The position numbers and the translations under genes were made by a program. From an uncultured Candidatus Poseidoniales archaeon (GTDB lineage: Archaea; Thermoplasmatota; Poseidoniia; Poseidoniales; CAYMED01), in NCBI GenBank assembly GCA_964389655.1, contig CAYMED010000008.1:1-64000 (forward strand): a DNA stretch of 64,000 nt. Reading direction: 5' to 3'. Numbering within the stretch: the first letter of the stretch is position 1; each line of letters opens with the position of its first letter. Below the pieces are notes generated by a model. The model made no database searches. It saw only the letters and a list, made by a program, of their open reading frames with translations, and was not told the origin of the DNA. Shown in pieces: positions 59,884 to 64,000 of this stretch.

Positions 59884-61053
59884 ATGCCCTCATATTTGGA
59901 TCGCATTGGAGCAGGTCTTGTGATTCGAGATCCAGTTCCATTGGGGTATGAATTTGTTCCTTCAGAACTTGTGGGCCGAGATCATCAACTTGAATCTCTT
60001 GCTTCACTATTTACGGGTATTGATCGACCAAACATAAGTTGTAGGGCTGCGATTACTGGTCCAGTTGGTTCAGGAAAGAGTGTTATTTCTCGCCGTTTTG
60101 GCCTCGACCTTGTCTCCCATCTTGCTTTAGTACGTCCAACCAAAGTTGTCCGAGTCAATTGCCGTAATCACCCGACAACGCCACAAGTAATGCAGCGTTT
60201 AATCACATCACTAGATGCCCGGCACCCTGAACGCGGGTTGGGTCGAGGCGAAATTCTGCAATCATTGCGTCGTCATTTGATCCAAGATAATCTTCATCTT
60301 CTCATAATCTTGGATGAGATCGATCATTTGTTGTCAAAGGAAGGGGATGATTTACTCTATCAGTTACTGCGGATTGATGAGGATCAAGACACCGCAGGTT
60401 CTGTTTCTCTTATCATCATCAGCCAAGAGCCAGTTCTTGAACGCCTTGATGCATCAGTGCTCTCTCGCTTTGGTCGGAGCCATCAACTTTCTCTTCAGGC
60501 ATATGACCGAGCATCTTTATTCCAAATTGTTGAACAACGCGCATCTTTGGCATTAGTTGATCATGCCTGTGATCCATCAATTATGCGATTGATTGCGGAG
60601 GCAGCTAGTGACATTGGGGATGCACGACTTGCCATTGAGATGCTTGATGAGGCCGCAAAAAGGGCAGAAAGAGCAGGACGTGATACAATTGAGCCCAAGG
60701 ACGTTCAGCGCGCTACATCTGTCCGGCCAACGCATGTTGAACCATTTGATTTTGACACGCTTCCCAAACACGCTAGCCTTGTTCTCCTTGCGGCCGCCCG
60801 TCGTTTGCGAAAAGAACCCGAAGTATCGAGTGGAGAAATTGAGCAATTATACCGTCTAGTGTGCGAGGAAGTCGAAGAATCAGCCCGTGGCCATACTACC
60901 GTATATTCACATCTAAAACGCCTTGAACAAGCAGGAATTTTGACAGCCCGTCAATCAACAATTGAAGGTGGTCGTGGTCGTACACAGTATTTTTCGATGC
61001 CCACGCTTTTACCCCAAGATCTCGTGGTCCGGCTTGAGAAAACGATCCGATAA
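59884..61053 (+). CDS. cdc6: Orc1/Cdc6 replication initiator
   Basis: VPSELVGRD, GPVGSGKS, VNCR, IILDEID, GDARLAI, C-terminal wH ending GGRGRT. Confidence 0.93.
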   Translation: MPSYLDRIGAGLVIRDPVPLGYEFVPSELVGRDHQLESLASLFTGIDRPNISCRAAITGPVGSGKSVISRRFGLDLVSHLALVRPTKVVRVNCRNHPTTPQVMQRLITSLDARHPERGLGRGEILQSLRRHLIQDNLHLLIILDEIDHLLSKEGDDLLYQLLRIDEDQDTAGSVSLIIISQEPVLERLDASVLSRFGRSHQLSLQAYDRASLFQIVEQRASLALVDHACDPSIMRLIAEAASDIGDARLAIEMLDEAAKRAERAGRDTIEPKDVQRATSVRPTHVEPFDFDTLPKHASLVLLAAARRLRKEPEVSSGEIEQLYRLVCEEVEESARGHTTVYSHLKRLEQAGILTARQSTIEGGRGRTQYFSMPTLLPQDLVVRLEKTIR

Positions 61054-61132
61054 TTCCCTTCAAGTTGATTCCCTACGTCCCGAAGTGCTGATATACGGTT
61101 GTCAGGTGGGCGACCTCGCAGGTCGTTGAATC

Positions 61133-61651
61133 ATGGCTAAGGGTGAGGAATCCGTATTCAAAGCGGTTGTCAATGATACAGACCCTGAAGCGAAAGGCAA
61201 ATCCTATTCTATAGAGATTAAGGGCCCGAATTACAGTCAATTTCTCGGAAAAAGAGTTGGCGATGTAGTTGATGGAATTTTTGTCGGTGAAGGCGATACG
61301 ACACTGGCCGGTTATAAGTTGGAGATCCGAGGGGGCAGTGACCTCACAGGTACGCCCATGAGAGGCGATATTACTGGAGGAAATCGAAAACAGGTGATGA
61401 CTGCTCCAACAACAGGCTTTGCAGGAAAGAAACGAGTGCATTACAAACAGAAAACTCTCAGACGTCGTAAGCACGATGTTGCTCTCGTGCGAATTTCCAA
61501 ACCCAAAGGGCTGCGTATGCGGCGTGTATTTCGAGGAAACACAATCACGACCGACATCATTCAAATTAATCTCAAGGTTGTAGAACGTGGAAGTAAGCCA
61601 CTTGGTGTGATCTTCAACAGCGAGGACGAGGAAGCCGGCGAGGACGCCTGA
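61133..61651 (+). CDS. rps6e: 30S ribosomal protein S6e
   Basis: FLGKRVGD, YKLEIRGGSDLTGTPMR, RGNTI..DIIQINLKV; upstream of aIF2-gamma. Confidence 0.93.
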   Translation: MAKGEESVFKAVVNDTDPEAKGKSYSIEIKGPNYSQFLGKRVGDVVDGIFVGEGDTTLAGYKLEIRGGSDLTGTPMRGDITGGNRKQVMTAPTTGFAGKKRVHYKQKTLRRRKHDVALVRISKPKGLRMRRVFRGNTITTDIIQINLKVVERGSKPLGVIFNSEDEEAGEDA

Positions 61652-61668
61652 GGTGCGGGGGTGCGCTT

Positions 61669-62901
61669 GTGGCTGTCATGCCAAGCCAGCCAGAAGTCAA
61701 CATCGGATTAGTTGGTCACGTAGACCATGGTAAGACTACTCTAACGCGTGCACTTTCTGGTGAGTGGACAGATACCCATTCTGAGGAGCGAAAGCGTGGC
61801 ATCTCAATTAAACTCGGTTACGCTGATACAGCATTCTATCGGACAAAGGATGGACGAACATACTCAAGTGGTCGTCACCCAGATGAAAAGGAAGATCAAT
61901 CCGAGGATTTGTTACGTGTTGTATCGTTTGTAGATTCGCCAGGTCATGAGACCCTCATGGCGATTATGATTACGGGCGCCTCAATAATGGATGGAGCATT
62001 GCTATTGGTCGCTGCAAATGAAACGTGCCCGCAACCTCAGACAATTGAGCATCTTATGGCGCTTGAAATTGCTGGAATTGACCGTCTTATTGTGGTTCAG
62101 AATAAAGTCGATGTCGTGAGCAAAGAACGGGCAATCGAAAACCAAGCCGAGATCAAAGAATTTCTAGCAGGTACAATTGCAGAAGATGCTCCCATCATTC
62201 CAGTTAGTGCCCATCATGATGTGAATCTAGATATTCTAATTGAGGCCATAGAAAAGGTGATTCCAACACCCGACCGGGATGCAGATGCCCCCGGAATCAT
62301 GCACATTGCGCGTTCATTCGATGTCAATCGGCCAGGAACCCGCCCTGCTGGGTTGAGGGGAGGAGTCATTGGAGGTAGCATTGTAATGGGATCCTTCCAT
62401 CTTGATGATTCAATCGAAATTGGCCCAGGGAGAAGAAATGCGAAAGCTGGAAAGTGGGAACCAATTGAAACTAAGATCTCAGGCCTAAAAGGTGGCGGTT
62501 TGGACCTTGACCATATGCAAGCAGGTGGGCTTTGTGGAATTTCCACGCCCTTGGATCCGATTGTAACAAAGGGTGATTCATTATCAGGACAAATCGTTGC
62601 AAAATCTGGCCATCTTCCTCCAATTCACGACTCGATTCGAATTCAGTTACATCTCCTCAAAACAATGCTCGACCCAGAAGGTGGATCATCCTCCAAGGTT
62701 GCTCCCCTTCAATCGAATGAGACATTAATGGTGAATGTCGCTACAGCAACCAGCGTTGGAGTGGTTAAAGAAACCAAATCTGGCAAGGCCACACTTCGCC
62801 TTCGTCTGCCAATATGTGCTGATGTTGGAGGAAGGGTTGCCCTTTCACGTCGAGTTGGTATGCGTTGGCGTCTGATTGGCTATGGCGTCATTATTGAGTG
62901 A
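61669..62901 (+). CDS. eif2g: Translation initiation factor aIF2 gamma subunit
   Basis: QPEVNIGLVGHVDHGKTT, RGISIKLGY, DSPGHE, QNKVD, RWRLIGYG. Confidence 0.98.
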   Translation: MAVMPSQPEVNIGLVGHVDHGKTTLTRALSGEWTDTHSEERKRGISIKLGYADTAFYRTKDGRTYSSGRHPDEKEDQSEDLLRVVSFVDSPGHETLMAIMITGASIMDGALLLVAANETCPQPQTIEHLMALEIAGIDRLIVVQNKVDVVSKERAIENQAEIKEFLAGTIAEDAPIIPVSAHHDVNLDILIEAIEKVIPTPDRDADAPGIMHIARSFDVNRPGTRPAGLRGGVIGGSIVMGSFHLDDSIEIGPGRRNAKAGKWEPIETKISGLKGGGLDLDHMQAGGLCGISTPLDPIVTKGDSLSGQIVAKSGHLPPIHDSIRIQLHLLKTMLDPEGGSSSKVAPLQSNETLMVNVATATSVGVVKETKSGKATLRLRLPICADVGGRVALSRRVGMRWRLIGYGVIIE

Positions 62902-63275
62902 TTCAGGTGGGCCGCACGGTCCTGATTGATGCATGCGGGTGGGTCGCGCTTGTTGATGCAGGGCTAAATCTCGATCTTGCTTTGAAAGAGATTGTTGGAA
63001 AAGCGGATCTTGTCGTAATCGACAAGGTGAAGAAGGAATTAGATCATATTGGAAAGCACCGAAATAATTTACTCCTTGACCTATTGTATTCTAAATCTCG
63101 AACGGTTTCAGCGCATGATGGTGGGCACACAGATGATCATTTGCTTGAATTATCTAACAAATTGGATGCACCTGTATTGACAGTCGACAAGATGCTTAAG
63201 CGGCGGCTCATGAAAAGAGGCTGTTCCGTGATTGAAATTGTGCGTGGGAAGTATTTGCGATTGCTTGAGCCTTAA
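62898..63275 (+). CDS. PIN-domain protein (Fcf1/Utp24-like)
   Basis: VLIDAC, KKEL, HTDDHLL, VLTVDK acidic PIN residues; conserved position after eif2g. Confidence 0.85.
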   Translation: MIQVGRTVLIDACGWVALVDAGLNLDLALKEIVGKADLVVIDKVKKELDHIGKHRNNLLLDLLYSKSRTVSAHDGGHTDDHLLELSNKLDAPVLTVDKMLKRRLMKRGCSVIEIVRGKYLRLLEP

Positions 63276-63350
63276 ATCTCCCCTAATATTGAATGCATCA
63301 AAGGGCCATCTTCCCAAGCATTGAATGCTCGCCTCCCACCCCTTGCGACC

Positions 63351-64000
63351 ATGCGGGATGTCATACTTGTCGTGATGATCTCGCTTTGCCTTTTTTCAGC
63401 TGGTTGCGTCGAGAAAATCCCTGAAGAGGCGGTTGACCCAAATGGTGATGATGATCAAGATGGCTTACCGAATGGCTGGGAATTGGAACAGGGTCTTGAC
63501 CCAAATAATGGGCAAGATGCCCCAAACTGCATGGGCGCTGTTGAATACTGTCTACGGGCATATGACAATTTTACGTTTGCTGAAACCCACAATTCGTTTG
63601 CAACATCGGATGATGGTGTTTACTATCCTGCATCAAATCATGACACAGGGCTTGACGCTCAATGGAATGGTGGCATTCGTGCGTTTATGCTGGATACACA
63701 TCACCGTTCTGATACTGAAACCGATCAAGATGACATTGCTTTCTGCCATGGGAGTAACGATGCACTCATTCACCCATGCCTGTATAGTGAAGTTGATGCA
63801 TTTGTTTGGCTTGAACAGTTACGCACTTTCATGGATTCAGACTCAAACCAGATTGTAACTTTGTTGTTGGAGAATTATGTTCCTTCCAGCCACCTTGAGT
63901 ACCTATTTAACCAGACAGGAATGCTTGAACGTGCCTATGTCCATCAGATTGGCGATACGTGGCCAACATTGGGTGAAATGATACTTTCAAACCGCACTTT
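63351..64000 (+). CDS. Lipoprotein with a PI-PLC X-domain-like phosphodiesterase (3'-truncated; absent from the ORF track)
   Basis: Manual translation: MRDVILVVMISLCLFSAGC lipobox; DDDQDGLPNGWE Ca repeat; FAETHNSF, GIRAFMLDTH, FCHG, IVTLLLEN, WPTLGEMI; frame open to the window end. Confidence 0.85.
   Translation, partial: MRDVILVVMISLCLFSAGCVEKIPEEAVDPNGDDDQDGLPNGWELEQGLDPNNGQDAPNCMGAVEYCLRAYDNFTFAETHNSFATSDDGVYYPASNHDTGLDAQWNGGIRAFMLDTHHRSDTETDQDDIAFCHGSNDALIHPCLYSEVDAFVWLEQLRTFMDSDSNQIVTLLLENYVPSSHLEYLFNQTGMLERAYVHQIGDTWPTLGEMILSNRT

Noticed and set aside
880-62546. Numerous short antisense or alternate-frame ORFs in the track
   Set aside because: They lie within well-supported genes and carry no recognisable motifs.
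63433-63858. 141-aa ORF in the track
   Set aside because: Out-of-frame shadow of the PI-PLC-like gene starting at 63351.

Overview
A gene-dense, mostly + strand archaeal chromosomal segment. Gene content and style point to a Thermoplasmata archaeon, most likely Marine Group II/Poseidoniales (inference from the A-type ATP synthase HIKECFABD operon, class II HMG-CoA reductase, bacterial-type AcnA/AhcY/NadB, a giant secreted FG-GAP protein, and PGF-CTERM and lipobox surface proteins). It carries core genes (cyclophilin, acnA, gar1, ahcY, tRNA-Leu(TAG), RPA pair, prenyl synthase/GGR, ATP synthase, panE, nadB, smc-scpAB, hmgA, cdc6, rps6e, aIF2-gamma, PIN) and many lineage-specific proteins. I saw no CRISPR array, rRNA, transposase or integrase. 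The most striking unexplained structures are: (1) a ~140-bp intergenic array of six exact ACGCGT palindromes directly upstream of a translationally coupled atypical AAA+/wHTH ATPase - beta-propeller - DUF357 operon, between smc-scpAB and cdc6 (candidate non-ORB origin, centromere-like/SMC-loading site or operator); (2) a pilin-less Tad/T2SS-like motor operon led by a phage tail tube/hub-like protein, flanked by RPA genes and a triple-SAP-domain protein; (3) intact pseudoenzymes (HemC-like, site-2-protease-like); (4) a K+ channel with a GYGH filter. All functional calls come from reading motifs by eye; no searches were run.
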